Origin: Flavobacteriales bacterium
Lineage (GTDB): Bacteria > Bacteroidota > Bacteroidia > Flavobacteriales > UBA7312
Direction: 5' to 3'
Assembly: GCA_965661505.1 (NCBI GenBank)
Contig: CBFIDX010000003.1
Location: 6,243 to 70,242 of the forward strand
Length of the DNA stretch: 64,000 nucleotides
Part shown: positions 50,540 through 60,337 of the stretch, one piece after another
How the letters are laid out: every line of letters begins with the position of its first letter
Numbering within the stretch: the stretch's first letter is position 1
Made by a program: the position numbers and the translations under genes
Notes under the pieces: generated by a model
What the model was told of the DNA's origin: nothing
Database searches by the model: none
Seen by the model: the letters and a program-made list of their open reading frames with translations, nothing else

Positions 50540-51574
50540 ATGTACAAGCTAATAGTCAAGCCTATTTTTTTTCTTTTTTCTCCTGAAGTAATACATAACA
50601 TTGTTTTTATATTGGTAAAGTTCGGTGCCCGTATTCCGTTCAAAATGTGGGTATGGAAAAAAATATACACAATCTCTGATGAACGTCTCAAAAGACAGGT
50701 GTTTGGTTTGACATTTGATAACCCTGTGGGCCTAGCTGCTGGTTTCGATAAGGATGCAAAACTTTACAATGAGTTAGCGGCTTTTGGTTTTGGTTTTATT
50801 GAGATTGGCACAGTAACCCCAAAAGCTCAATCTGGTAATCCCAAGCCACGTTTGTTTAGGTTAACTCAGGATCAGGCACTTATTAATAGAATGGGTTTTA
50901 ATAATGCAGGGGTTGAGCAAACGGTAAATCGACTCAAAAAGCGCAACACTAAGATAATTATTGGTGGAAATATTGGGAAAAATAAAGTCACTCCAAACAA
51001 GGAAGCCACTAGCGATTATGAAATTTGTTTTGAAGCCCTTTATCCATATGTAGATTATTTTGTAGTGAATGTGAGTTCGCCAAACACACCAGGATTACGT
51101 GAATTACAGGATAAAGAACCGCTGACCAAGCTTTTAATGCATTTGCAAAAACTAAACGCTACAAAACCGATTGCCAAACCCATTTTATTAAAAATTGCAC
51201 CAGATTTAACAAACGACCAATTAGACGATATTATATCCATCATTCATACTACTAAAATAGATGGTGTTATAGCCACCAATACGACTATTGATCGGTCGTT
51301 GTTAACTTCTTCTAAAAATCAAGTTGAGGCAATAGGAAATGGAGGTTTAAGTGGTCAACCTTTAAAAGTGCGTTCTACAGAGGTTATTCGGTATTTATCA
51401 CAAAAATCCAATCGTTCATTCCCAATTATTGGAGTTGGAGGGATTCATTCTGCTGACGATGCTTTGGAAAAGCTTAATGCAGGAGCAAGTTTAGTGCAGC
51501 TTTATACAGGCTTTGTTTATGAAGGGCCTTCTATTGTTAGCAGAATTAACAAAGCGATATTAAATCAAGTATGA
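50540..51574 (+). CDS. pyrD: dihydroorotate dehydrogenase (quinone), class 2
   Basis: N-terminal membrane-associating helices, [27 protein letters not shown] and GVGGI. Confidence 0.95.
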   Translation: MYKLIVKPIFFLFSPEVIHNIVFILVKFGARIPFKMWVWKKIYTISDERLKRQVFGLTFDNPVGLAAGFDKDAKLYNELAAFGFGFIEIGTVTPKAQSGNPKPRLFRLTQDQALINRMGFNNAGVEQTVNRLKKRNTKIIIGGNIGKNKVTPNKEATSDYEICFEALYPYVDYFVVNVSSPNTPGLRELQDKEPLTKLLMHLQKLNATKPIAKPILLKIAPDLTNDQLDDIISIIHTTKIDGVIATNTTIDRSLLTSSKNQVEAIGNGGLSGQPLKVRSTEVIRYLSQKSNRSFPIIGVGGIHSADDALEKLNAGASLVQLYTGFVYEGPSIVSRINKAILNQV

Positions 51575-52431
51575 AGATTGTAGAATGTCCTAGAGATGCC
51601 ATGCAGGGGTTGAAGGAATTTATTCCTACAAAAACAAAGGTGGATTACCTAAATGCACTTTTGAATGTAGGTTTTGACACGCTTGATTTTGGAAGTTTCG
51701 TGTCCCCTAAGGCAATTCCACAAATGCGAGATACTGCCAAGGTGCTAGATAGGTTGAATATCGAAAATACCACAACAAAATTATTGGCCATTGTTGCAAA
51801 TCTTCGCGGAGCAAAAGATGCTTGTCAGTTTGATGAGATAAACTACCTAGGCTATCCTTTTTCTGTTTCAGAGACCTTCCAAAAACGAAATACAAATAAA
51901 AGTATAGATGCTTCTTTATTGCTAGTGGAAGAGATGCAATCTATGAGTGTCAATAATGGAAAAGAATTAGTAGTGTATTTATCCATGGCTTTTGGAAATC
52001 CTTATGGCGAGGATTGGAATGAGGATATCGTTACTAAATGGGGAGAAAGGTTAGCTCGTTTGGGAGTAAAAACTTTGGCTTTAGCTGACACTATAGGAGT
52101 AGCCAATAAGCACAATATTAGTCGATTGTTTAGTACACTGATATCTGCATTACCAGAAGTAGAATGGGGGGCTCACTTACACACTTCACCCAACACATGG
52201 CGCGAAAAGGTTGAGGCAGCTTATAATAGCGGTTGTCGAAGGTTCGATAGTACTATAAAGGGATTAGGGGGCTGTCCGATGGCAAAAGATGATTTAGTAG
52301 GTAATATTCCAACTGAAAAATTAGTATCATTTAGTCAAGAAAAAAAAATTGAAACAGGCATTAATCCATTATCTTTTGAGAGCGCTTATAATAAAGCGAT
52401 AGACACATTTGCTTTTAGAAATCAGCTTTAG
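51571..52431 (+). CDS. hydroxymethylglutaryl-CoA lyase
   Basis: [10 protein letters not shown], an LADT.G-like motif (LADTIGV) and H.H metal ligands (GAHLHT), with HMGL-like TIM-barrel length. Confidence 0.88.
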   Translation: MKIVECPRDAMQGLKEFIPTKTKVDYLNALLNVGFDTLDFGSFVSPKAIPQMRDTAKVLDRLNIENTTTKLLAIVANLRGAKDACQFDEINYLGYPFSVSETFQKRNTNKSIDASLLLVEEMQSMSVNNGKELVVYLSMAFGNPYGEDWNEDIVTKWGERLARLGVKTLALADTIGVANKHNISRLFSTLISALPEVEWGAHLHTSPNTWREKVEAAYNSGCRRFDSTIKGLGGCPMAKDDLVGNIPTEKLVSFSQEKKIETGINPLSFESAYNKAIDTFAFRNQL

Positions 52432-54058
52432 ATTCAAATACCATTGTTTGTTTAGTTAATGGATGTACGATTTCTAGCTGATCTGCATGTAAGTGTAAAC
52501 GATTACTTCTTTTTCCATACAAATCGTCTCCTAAAATAGGGATGTTAAGTCCGTTTACATGAGAGGCATGGACTCTTAGTTGGTGTGTTCTGCCTGTGAT
52601 GGGATAAAAGTAAACACGGGTTTTTTCGCCTATATGATCTATCTTCTCCCATTTTGTTCGAGCTGATTTTCCATACTTATAACAGACCAGTTGTCTAGGT
52701 CTGTCTTCAATGTCAACACGAAGGGGGAGATCAATAGTTCCTCTGTCACCATTTAAAACACCATCTAAAAGAGCCATGTATCTTTTTTTGATTGCTCGTT
52801 TAATAAACTGTTTTTGCAGGTGTTTATGGGTTTCTTTATTTTTTGCAATAATCATTAAACCAGAGGTCGACATATCTAATCGATGAACAATTAATGGTCC
52901 CGAAGCATTGGGGTATTTTTCTTTCATTCGGCTATAAACCGAATCGATAATTTTTTTACCAGGTACTGATAACATTTCAGCCGGTTTGTGAATTATAACA
53001 AACTCATCTTCTTCATATATAACACTTAATTTTTTACCAACTGCAGGATTGATAAGCATGGGATTATCGTCTATTTTAACTCCTTTAAGCATATGGCCTA
53101 AAATGGGTTTACACTTACCTTGACAAGATGGATAGTAGTAAGCATGTTTTCTAATTTCGGATTGTGGTGAGGCTCCCCACCAGAATTCTGCCATTGCAAT
53201 TGGTTTTAGCTCATGTTGAAAAGCATATTGTAAAAGCTTTGGAGCAGCGCATTCACCAGCAGCTGAAGGAAGGCTTGGAAGGTCTTTAAAAATATCTAGT
53301 AGGGATTTTGTTTCTCCAGTTTGGTTTAAAAAATGGTAAGACTCAAAAAGTTGCTGTTGTAATTCATTTGATTTGATTCTCCTTTCTTCTTTTAGATGTT
53401 CTATTTTTCTTGTGAATTGGTCAACAGTTGCTTGTTTTTTAAATAGTTCATTTTTCCAATAATTAGAACGATTTCTTAACTGTAGTTTTTCTCTAATACT
53501 TTCTTGATTTAAGTCTTCTCTTAAGGCTCTTGCGTCCTCCTCTTCTAGATCAATACGTGCTTGTTCTCTTATAATTTTTCTTTCTTCTTTCCCTTTTTTT
53601 ATGCCTTTCTTTAGGGCTCTAATTTCATTTGTTGAAAGTATAGTATTGGTTCTTAAATCATTCATTGCTTGAACAATGTTTGGATGTGCTTCAAGCTTTT
53701 GTATTTCTAAGTTCAATTGGTTAATTTTTGTTTCACCTTTTTTGTAAAAACTATCCTTAGTAAGCATGTCAAAAACTGGAGGAACAAATCCTTTTATCAA
53801 ATTTTTACCGGCTATTTTTCCAGAAAAAGCCGAAAGGTATCCGATCTCATCGTCTTTATTTTGAACTATGAGTACTCCAAACATCTTTCCAATTGATTGA
53901 AAATCGTGATTCCAATCATTTTGAGTTGACAAAAGATGTTGCAACTCTTTAGAAGCTAACTCACTAATAGGATGTGGTTTATAGTAAAAAGGAAAGGTAA
54001 AGCGCTCTGGAAGCGAATAGTTAGAGATGTCCGTGTTAAAAAAAGTAAAACAATCCAT
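52415..54058 (-). CDS. RluA-family pseudouridine synthase fused to a roughly 330-aa N-terminal Cys-motif (deaminase-like?) module that contains a long coiled-coil insert
   Basis: The C-terminal part carries HRLDMSTSGL and other RluA motifs. The N-terminal part has GKMFGVLIV, GYLSAFSGK, a charged coiled coil (aa about 105-245), then GECAAPKLLQYA and YYPSCQGKCKPILGHML. Confidence 0.85.
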   Translation of the reverse strand: MDCFTFFNTDISNYSLPERFTFPFYYKPHPISELASKELQHLLSTQNDWNHDFQSIGKMFGVLIVQNKDDEIGYLSAFSGKIAGKNLIKGFVPPVFDMLTKDSFYKKGETKINQLNLEIQKLEAHPNIVQAMNDLRTNTILSTNEIRALKKGIKKGKEERKIIREQARIDLEEEDARALREDLNQESIREKLQLRNRSNYWKNELFKKQATVDQFTRKIEHLKEERRIKSNELQQQLFESYHFLNQTGETKSLLDIFKDLPSLPSAAGECAAPKLLQYAFQHELKPIAMAEFWWGASPQSEIRKHAYYYPSCQGKCKPILGHMLKGVKIDDNPMLINPAVGKKLSVIYEEDEFVIIHKPAEMLSVPGKKIIDSVYSRMKEKYPNASGPLIVHRLDMSTSGLMIIAKNKETHKHLQKQFIKRAIKKRYMALLDGVLNGDRGTIDLPLRVDIEDRPRQLVCYKYGKSARTKWEKIDHIGEKTRVYFYPITGRTHQLRVHASHVNGLNIPILGDDLYGKRSNRLHLHADQLEIVHPLTKQTMVFESKADF

Positions 54059-54087
54059 TAAGTCGCTAAAGTACTAAGGTTTGATGG

Positions 54088-54468
54088 TTAACCGCTTTTT
54101 TGAGTTCTTAAAATTTTCTCTATTTTTCTTCCCTTAGCTAGCTCATCTACGAGCTTATCCAGGTAACGAATTTGTCGTGTAAGTGTTGTTTGTATTTCTT
54201 CAATTCGATATCCACAAATTAAGCCTTTAATGTATTTTGCATTCGGATTAACGTCAGCTAATTGAAAGAAGGTTTTGAAAGTTACATTGTTTTTAATTAG
54301 CTCCTCAATTGTTAGCTTATCGAAACCAGTGAGCCAATTGATGACTATAAATAGTTCTTCCTCTGATCGACCCTTTTTCTTTATTTTATCTAAATAGTGT
54401 GGATAAATAGAGGCAAAGGTTAGATTCGCAATTCTTTTGTCATGATCTGCTATTTTTGACATATTCAA
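54088..54468 (-). CDS. DUF2200-family protein
   Basis: 126 aa with FASIYPHYL.K..KKGR..EEL..VI.WLTG pattern that I recognise as DUF2200. Confidence 0.7.
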   Translation of the reverse strand: MNMSKIADHDKRIANLTFASIYPHYLDKIKKKGRSEEELFIVINWLTGFDKLTIEELIKNNVTFKTFFQLADVNPNAKYIKGLICGYRIEEIQTTLTRQIRYLDKLVDELAKGRKIEKILRTQKSG

Positions 54469-54508
54469 ATATATTAAATTAAAAACCTAGTTTTATTTAA
54501 AATTGAAC

Positions 54509-54516
54509 TACTTTTG
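54509..54516 (+). promoter_or_regulatory. candidate -7 promoter box (TACTTTTG) for the riboswitch transcript
   Basis: Exact TAnnTTTG about 8 nt upstream of the predicted P1 stem. Confidence 0.45.
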
Positions 54517-54523
54517 TACCGTA

Positions 54524-54694
54524 TTGGTTTTTAACTTCTTTCGGAAGAAAAAAATTAAAAGGGAAATCGGTGAAATTCCGGTACTGTACCCGCAGCTGTA
54601 AGCTCTATAACTAATGATACTACAGCCACTGTTTCACAACGGGAAGGCTATCATCAGGGAGTAAGTCAGAAGACCTGCCTTTACAAACAACCAG
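54524..54694 (+). promoter_or_regulatory. cobalamin (B12) riboswitch
   Basis: Conserved core AAAGGGAA..GGTGAAATTCC..CTGTACCCGCAGCTGTAAG, then GCCACTG....GGGAAGGC, then B12 box AGTCAGAAGACCTGCC (54664..54679). P1 pairs TTGGTT (54524..54529) with AACCAG (54689..54694). Confidence 0.9.
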
Positions 54695-54803
54695 ATACCC
54701 TCGGGATAAGGATGAAGGCCATAAAATTAATATTCTAATTTTTTTATTGTTGAGTAATCAACACAGTATTTTATACTAACTACTTTATATTAAACAAAAC
54801 ATT

Positions 54804-56006
54804 ATGAAAAAGACTGTATCAATTTTTATTTTAATATTGGCTTGTTCTATTCAGACACAAGCTCAAGAATATGTACATCAAGTGATAATTCTTAATGAAG
54901 GCTATTTTGATTATTCTTTAAATCAATCAGTTGTTCCTCCAACAATTGGTATTTACGACCCTCAGACAGAAGTTTATTCTACTTTAGACACTTTATCAAA
55001 TGCCCGTTTTGCATCCGATTTAATTGTAACTGACGATTTTATTTATGTAGCTGCTGATAATTTACTTTATCAATACGATAAATTTAGTTCAAGCTTATTA
55101 CAAACCCAACAAGTAGATGGTATTCGAAATCTTGCCGTTTGGCAAGACAAAATCATTGCTTCTAGAGGTGATTATGATAACGTTACTTACGAACCAATTT
55201 TATTTGAATCTTATTTACAGGTTTTCAACTCTTCTGATTTAACACTTTATACACAGCTTGATACTATTAACGGGCCTAAATGGTCAACACAAAACATGAT
55301 AGTTGAAAATAACAGCTTATACATTGCTATCAATAACGCTTTTGAGTTTGGTAATGAAAAGGGATTAATTGGAATAGTGGATTTGCTTTCAATGACCTAT
55401 AATACAGAAGTGGATCTTGGTCCTGACGGAAAGAATCCAGATAATATGATTTTTGATGGAACAAATATTTACACTGTCAATAATAAGGATTGGTCGGGAG
55501 CTTCTATTTCAAAACTAGATTTGTCAGATTTAACCCCCACTACAATTAACATATCTCAGCTAAGCACGGGTTGTGGGACTTCTTGCTTGAGAGACAATAA
55601 AATTTTGTACCAAATTTCAGGAGATACAGATCTATACGAATGGGATTTATCTCTTATGCCAAACTCTGGAAATTCAATGGGATTTAATCAAGGTTATTAT
55701 GAAATTAAATCAGATAACATAAATACTCATCTTTATGCTTCATCAACTGATTACTTCTCTTATGGTTTGATCGAGATATATGATAGCCTAAATGTGATGA
55801 TAGGTACTTTTAATTGCGGAATATCTCCAGGAGTGATTGCTTTTGATGTGAGAAACTCGGCTGTTGGTATAGATGAATACAATGATATTTCCACATTTGA
55901 AAAATCAAGTTATGATTTGCACGGGAGAAAAACTTCATCAATTGAAGATAAACCTAATGGCATATACATAATAAATGGAATAAAAACGATGCACTTAAAC
56001 AACTAA
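54804..56006 (+). CDS. YncE/DUF5074-like beta-propeller cell-surface protein, B12-riboswitch controlled (possible BtuG-like corrinoid binder)
   Basis: Signal peptide (possible ILAC lipobox). VIILNEGYF...IGIYDP start and repeated blade-like segments. Short C-terminal tail YDLHGRK....PNGIYIINGIK reminiscent of a T9SS type A sorting domain. Confidence 0.6.
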   Translation: MKKTVSIFILILACSIQTQAQEYVHQVIILNEGYFDYSLNQSVVPPTIGIYDPQTEVYSTLDTLSNARFASDLIVTDDFIYVAADNLLYQYDKFSSSLLQTQQVDGIRNLAVWQDKIIASRGDYDNVTYEPILFESYLQVFNSSDLTLYTQLDTINGPKWSTQNMIVENNSLYIAINNAFEFGNEKGLIGIVDLLSMTYNTEVDLGPDGKNPDNMIFDGTNIYTVNNKDWSGASISKLDLSDLTPTTINISQLSTGCGTSCLRDNKILYQISGDTDLYEWDLSLMPNSGNSMGFNQGYYEIKSDNINTHLYASSTDYFSYGLIEIYDSLNVMIGTFNCGISPGVIAFDVRNSAVGIDEYNDISTFEKSSYDLHGRKTSSIEDKPNGIYIINGIKTMHLNN

Positions 56007-56042
56007 CAAATAGGAATTAAAAGTTGATAACATATTGACATT

Positions 56043-56070
56043 AAAAAAGGGAACATCTGTTCCCTTTTTT
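56043..56070. terminator. intrinsic terminator after the riboswitch-controlled gene
   Basis: A-run, stem GGGAAC / GTTCCC with an ATCT loop, then a T6 run. Confidence 0.8.
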
Positions 56071-56102
56071 ATTATTTTGTATTTTTATCAAAAACCATAC
56101 AT

Positions 56103-57917
56103 ATGTTAGAGTTAGCTGCTATAATTGTCTTTGGAATATTTGCACAATGGATTGCTTGGAGAATGCGTATTCCAGCCATTTTCCCTTTAATAATCTTAGG
56201 TTTACTTTTAGGGCCTTTTTCTACTTTATTTCTTGATAAACAATGGATTGACCCAGAAAATATATTTGCTGGAAAAACCATGTATTATTTTGTCTCCCTT
56301 TCTGTAGGAGTTATTCTTTTTGAAGGAGGTTTAACTCTAAAATTTAAAGAGGTAAGGCAAATTGCAGGGGTAGTCAGAAACCTTCTTTTTCTGGGATCTA
56401 TAATTATGTTAATAGGCGGAGCTTTTGCTGCTCATTTTTTCCTGGATATGGATTATAGAGTGGGTCTCTTATTTGGCTCTCTGATAATTGTTACCGGTCC
56501 CACAGTAATTGCTCCTATCTTACAAAGCGTACGTCCTAATAGAAATGTTAGTACGGTTTTAAAATGGGAGGGCATCGTAATAGACCCTATTGGAGCCCTA
56601 GTTGCGGTGTTGGTGTATGAATTACTTTTTGTCGCAACAATGGGGGCGGAAGGCCATCACGATGTTGGACTTACTCAAATGGCATTAAAAACCTTCTTTT
56701 TGACTGTCTGTGTGGGTTCCTTTTTTGGGTTGTTTTCTGGATGGGCTCTAAATACATTACTGCGTAAAAATTTAATTCCTCACTTTTTAATTAATGTTCT
56801 TTCTTTAGCTTTCGTGATTTTTGCTTTTGCGGGTGCAGATGCACTGCAACCAGAATCAGGATTATTATCCGTAACCGTAATGGGAATCTTCTTAGCCAAT
56901 GTAAAAACACCCAATATTGATAAAATACTTGACTTTAAAGAAAGTTTGACAGTAATTTTGATATCCGTATTGTTTATCATTTTAGCTTCCAACTTAAAAT
57001 ACGACCAATTAATGTCGCTTGAAAAAGAAGTGATATACGTTTTCCTTGCTGTTGTTTTTATACTTCGACCACTTACAGTTTGGCTAAGTTCGCTGGGTTC
57101 TAATTTAAATTGGAGAGAAAAAATGTTTATTGCTTGGATAGGGCCAAAAGGAATTGTAGCCGCAGCGGTAGCTTCATTGTTTTCATTATACCTTCTTTCT
57201 GATAAAATTCGTTTACCTGAAGAATTGAGGGCTGACGTTGAGTTATTAGTGCCTCTTACATTTATGGTTATTTTAGGAACTGTTACCCTAAATGGTTTAT
57301 TAGCTAAACCCGTAGCAAAATTATTAAGAGTTGTTGGAGAGGTAAAGAATGGCTTAATGATACTTGGTGCTAATGAAGGCTCAATAGCAATTGCAAAATA
57401 TTTAGAGAAGAAGGGGTTCTCATCAACTTTGATGGATTTATCAAAAGAAAATGTAAGACATGCTAAAGCAGAAGGGTTGAATGCCGAAGAGCGGAATATT
57501 TTGGCAGAAGAAAATGAAGACCTTAACTTGGAAGATGCTGGATATTTGTTAGCTTTAACTTCTAGCAATGATGTAAATATTTTTGCTTGTAGAAAGTTAA
57601 AGAATGATATTGGAGATCGAGTTTATAGACTAATTACTGCCAATGAGATAAAGTTTTCGGCATTATCACGTCCAAACCATATTTTATTTGATCAACAAAC
57701 GGATTATTTTAAGCTTATTGAAATGGTTCGTAAATATCCAACCGTTCAAGAAGTAATGATAAAAAGTCAAAACCAGTTTGACGATATTATGAATAATAAA
57801 ATAGAATTTATTCCATTGATGGTTGTAAGAAAAGAGAGCATACATGTGGTTACTGTTGATTTTGAATATCAGTTTATCGAGGGTGATTGCTTAGCTTACA
57901 TAGGTAAATCATTTTAA
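56103..57917 (+). CDS. cation:proton antiporter (CPA1, Na+/H+ exchanger) with C-terminal RCK/TrkA-like domain
   Basis: About 12 TM helices, then a soluble Rossmann-like region (LMILGANEGSIAIAKYLEKKGF). Confidence 0.85.
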   Translation: MLELAAIIVFGIFAQWIAWRMRIPAIFPLIILGLLLGPFSTLFLDKQWIDPENIFAGKTMYYFVSLSVGVILFEGGLTLKFKEVRQIAGVVRNLLFLGSIIMLIGGAFAAHFFLDMDYRVGLLFGSLIIVTGPTVIAPILQSVRPNRNVSTVLKWEGIVIDPIGALVAVLVYELLFVATMGAEGHHDVGLTQMALKTFFLTVCVGSFFGLFSGWALNTLLRKNLIPHFLINVLSLAFVIFAFAGADALQPESGLLSVTVMGIFLANVKTPNIDKILDFKESLTVILISVLFIILASNLKYDQLMSLEKEVIYVFLAVVFILRPLTVWLSSLGSNLNWREKMFIAWIGPKGIVAAAVASLFSLYLLSDKIRLPEELRADVELLVPLTFMVILGTVTLNGLLAKPVAKLLRVVGEVKNGLMILGANEGSIAIAKYLEKKGFSSTLMDLSKENVRHAKAEGLNAEERNILAEENEDLNLEDAGYLLALTSSNDVNIFACRKLKNDIGDRVYRLITANEIKFSALSRPNHILFDQQTDYFKLIEMVRKYPTVQEVMIKSQNQFDDIMNNKIEFIPLMVVRKESIHVVTVDFEYQFIEGDCLAYIGKSF

Positions 57918-57918
57918 A

Positions 57919-58500
57919 ATGTTAGGATTAAAATTACCAACAGACCCACGTTGGGTTAACATAGCCGAAAAAAATATTGAAGAGATTTTGATTGATCACG
58001 CTTTTTGTGAGCAAAAAGCAGCCTCCACGGCTATTTCTCTTATCGTTACCTATCCTGAGTATTCTGATTTGGTGACTGCAATGACAGCACTTGCCAAAGA
58101 AGAAATGAGTCATTTTCAATTAGTTCATCAAAAATTATTAGAAAGAGGGCTAACTCTAGGGCGAGAGCGTAAAGATCAATATGTACATGATATTATCGAT
58201 TTCTTTCCAAAAAACAAGCATAGAGAAGCGCGTCTAATTCAGCGTTTATTGACTGCGGCATTAATAGAGGCGCGTTCTTGTGAGCGTTTTAGAGTACTAT
58301 CAGAAAATCTTGAAGATAAAGAATTAGCTAAATTTTACAGAGACTTAATGGTCAGTGAAGCCAATCATTACACCATGTTTTTAACTTTTGCTCGTAAATA
58401 TGGTGATAGAGAAAAAGTCGACAGAATGTGGCATAACCTCTTAGAATACGAAGCAAAAGTAATCGCCAACTATGGTAACAAAGAACATATACACGGATAA
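57919..58500 (+). CDS. miaE: tRNA-(ms2io6A)-hydroxylase MiaE
   Basis: Ferritin-like di-iron protein with DHA.CEQKAA, EE..HF, E.RSCERF and EA.H motifs. Confidence 0.85.
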   Translation: MLGLKLPTDPRWVNIAEKNIEEILIDHAFCEQKAASTAISLIVTYPEYSDLVTAMTALAKEEMSHFQLVHQKLLERGLTLGRERKDQYVHDIIDFFPKNKHREARLIQRLLTAALIEARSCERFRVLSENLEDKELAKFYRDLMVSEANHYTMFLTFARKYGDREKVDRMWHNLLEYEAKVIANYGNKEHIHG

Positions 58501-58529
58501 ATAACGATATTTACGATTTTAATAAAAAA

Positions 58530-59612
58530 ATGAAGAATACAGCATTGTCACATATTCATAATGAGTTAGGAGCAAAAATGGTTCCTTTTGCAGGATATAA
58601 TATGCCTGTTCAATACGAAGGAGTAACATCCGAACACCTACAAGTAAGATCAGCTGTGGGTGTTTTTGACGTGTCACACATGGGAGAATTTTTCGTTCGC
58701 GGACCCGGAGCTACTGAATTGATACAAAGAATTACATCAAACGATTTAGAAAGGCTTATTGACGGAAAGGTTCAATATTCTTGCTTTCCAAATCTAGATG
58801 GAGGAATTGTTGACGATCTTTTAGTTTATCGAATAAAAGAAGAGGTATATATGTTGGTAGTAAATGCTTCTAATATAGAAAAAGATTGGAATTGGATACA
58901 ACAGTTTAACACCAAAGGAGTTGAGTTAGAAAACAAATCCGATGACATTTCTCTATTAGCAGTACAGGGGCCTAAAGCTGCAGAGTCATTGCAATCCTTA
59001 ACAGAAATTGATTTAACAAATATGGCATATTACACCTTTGAGAAAGGAGTTTTTGCTGGAGTAGAAAATGTATTAATATCTGCAACTGGATATACAGGAG
59101 CTGGAGGATTCGAAATTTATTTTCCTAATGAGGCAGCCGAACAAATATGGCAAGCTATTTTTGAATCTGGTAAAGATCATAACATTCAACCTATAGGTTT
59201 AGCAGCACGTGATACCCTTCGTTTAGAGATGGGTTTTTGTTTGTACGGAAACGATATCAATGATAAAACTTCGCCCATTGAAGCTGGTTTGGGTTGGATT
59301 ACTAAATTCACAAAAGATTTTAATAACTCAGAATTTTTGCAAAAGCAAAAAGAAGTAGGGGTTAATAGAAAGTTAGTTGGATTTGAGTTAATCGACAGAG
59401 GTATTCCCAGAAAAGAGTATGGTATATTAGATAAAGAAGGGAATGTTATTGGGCAAGTTACCTCAGGAACTCAATCTCCTTCTTTGCAAAAAGCAATAGG
59501 TATGGGCTATGTAAAAAAAGAGTTTGCTAAAGAGGATACAGAAATTTTCGTTCAAGTGCGTAAAAAATCCTTAAAAGCAAAAGTTGTTAAGTTACCTTTT
59601 TATAAAGAATAA
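58530..59612 (+). CDS. gcvT: glycine cleavage system aminomethyltransferase T
   Basis: [34 protein letters not shown] and ARDTLRLE. Confidence 0.96.
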   Translation: MKNTALSHIHNELGAKMVPFAGYNMPVQYEGVTSEHLQVRSAVGVFDVSHMGEFFVRGPGATELIQRITSNDLERLIDGKVQYSCFPNLDGGIVDDLLVYRIKEEVYMLVVNASNIEKDWNWIQQFNTKGVELENKSDDISLLAVQGPKAAESLQSLTEIDLTNMAYYTFEKGVFAGVENVLISATGYTGAGGFEIYFPNEAAEQIWQAIFESGKDHNIQPIGLAARDTLRLEMGFCLYGNDINDKTSPIEAGLGWITKFTKDFNNSEFLQKQKEVGVNRKLVGFELIDRGIPRKEYGILDKEGNVIGQVTSGTQSPSLQKAIGMGYVKKEFAKEDTEIFVQVRKKSLKAKVVKLPFYKE

Positions 59613-60337
59613 TGATTGAAAAAAGACAAATAAAAGTTTGTTTAACGCCAGCATTGTTTCCATTGTACGCCGATCGAAAAAGCATCGTTGTAGTAGTAGA
59701 TGTTTTGCGTGCTACCTCAGCAATGTGTACTGCTTTTCATAATGGTGTAAAAAAAATTATTCCTGTTTCTACAGTAGAAGAAGCTTTGGAGCTTAAAGAT
59801 GCCAACCATCATATTTTGGCAGCTGAAAGGAATGGAAAACAAGTTAGAGGCTTTGATTTTGGTAATTCTCCTTTACAATATCAGGACAATGATGTAAAAG
59901 GAAAAACTCTGGTAATGACTACTACTAATGGTACAAAAGCTATTAACATTGCAAAGCGTGATCACCAAGTAGTTATTGGATCTTTTCTAAATATTAATGC
60001 GCTGGTCAATTGGCTATCTAAACAGGAAAAGAATGTAGTGATATTATGTGCAGGTTGGAAAAATGATTTTTGCTTTGAGGATGCTCTTTTTGCAGGAGCA
60101 TTAAGCGAAAAGTTGCTCAAAACAAAACTATATGAGTCTGATAGTGACTCTGCAAATGGTTCACGTATGATTTACATCAGAGCCAAAGAAGATATGTTCC
60201 GTTTCTTAGGAATTTCTCAGCATCGTAAAAGATTAGCTCATTTAGCTATCGAAGAAGACGTAAAATACTGTTTAAAACAGAACACAACTACTGTTATACC
60301 CATTTTAAAAGAAAATGAGCTAATTCTGATCGAATGA
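59612..60337 (+). CDS. 2-phosphosulfolactate phosphatase (ComB) family protein
   Basis: VVVVDVLRATS, ER.G......FD.GNSP and TTTNGT motifs. Confidence 0.85.
   Translation: MIEKRQIKVCLTPALFPLYADRKSIVVVVDVLRATSAMCTAFHNGVKKIIPVSTVEEALELKDANHHILAAERNGKQVRGFDFGNSPLQYQDNDVKGKTLVMTTTNGTKAINIAKRDHQVVIGSFLNINALVNWLSKQEKNVVILCAGWKNDFCFEDALFAGALSEKLLKTKLYESDSDSANGSRMIYIRAKEDMFRFLGISQHRKRLAHLAIEEDVKYCLKQNTTTVIPILKENELILIE

Noticed and set aside
56780-57568. 262-aa ORF antisense to the Na+/H+ antiporter gene
   Set aside because: It lies entirely inside a well-supported membrane transporter CDS. Its translation is low-complexity and Ser/Thr/Lys-rich, typical of the reverse frame of a hydrophobic AT-rich gene, and it has no promoter or own context.
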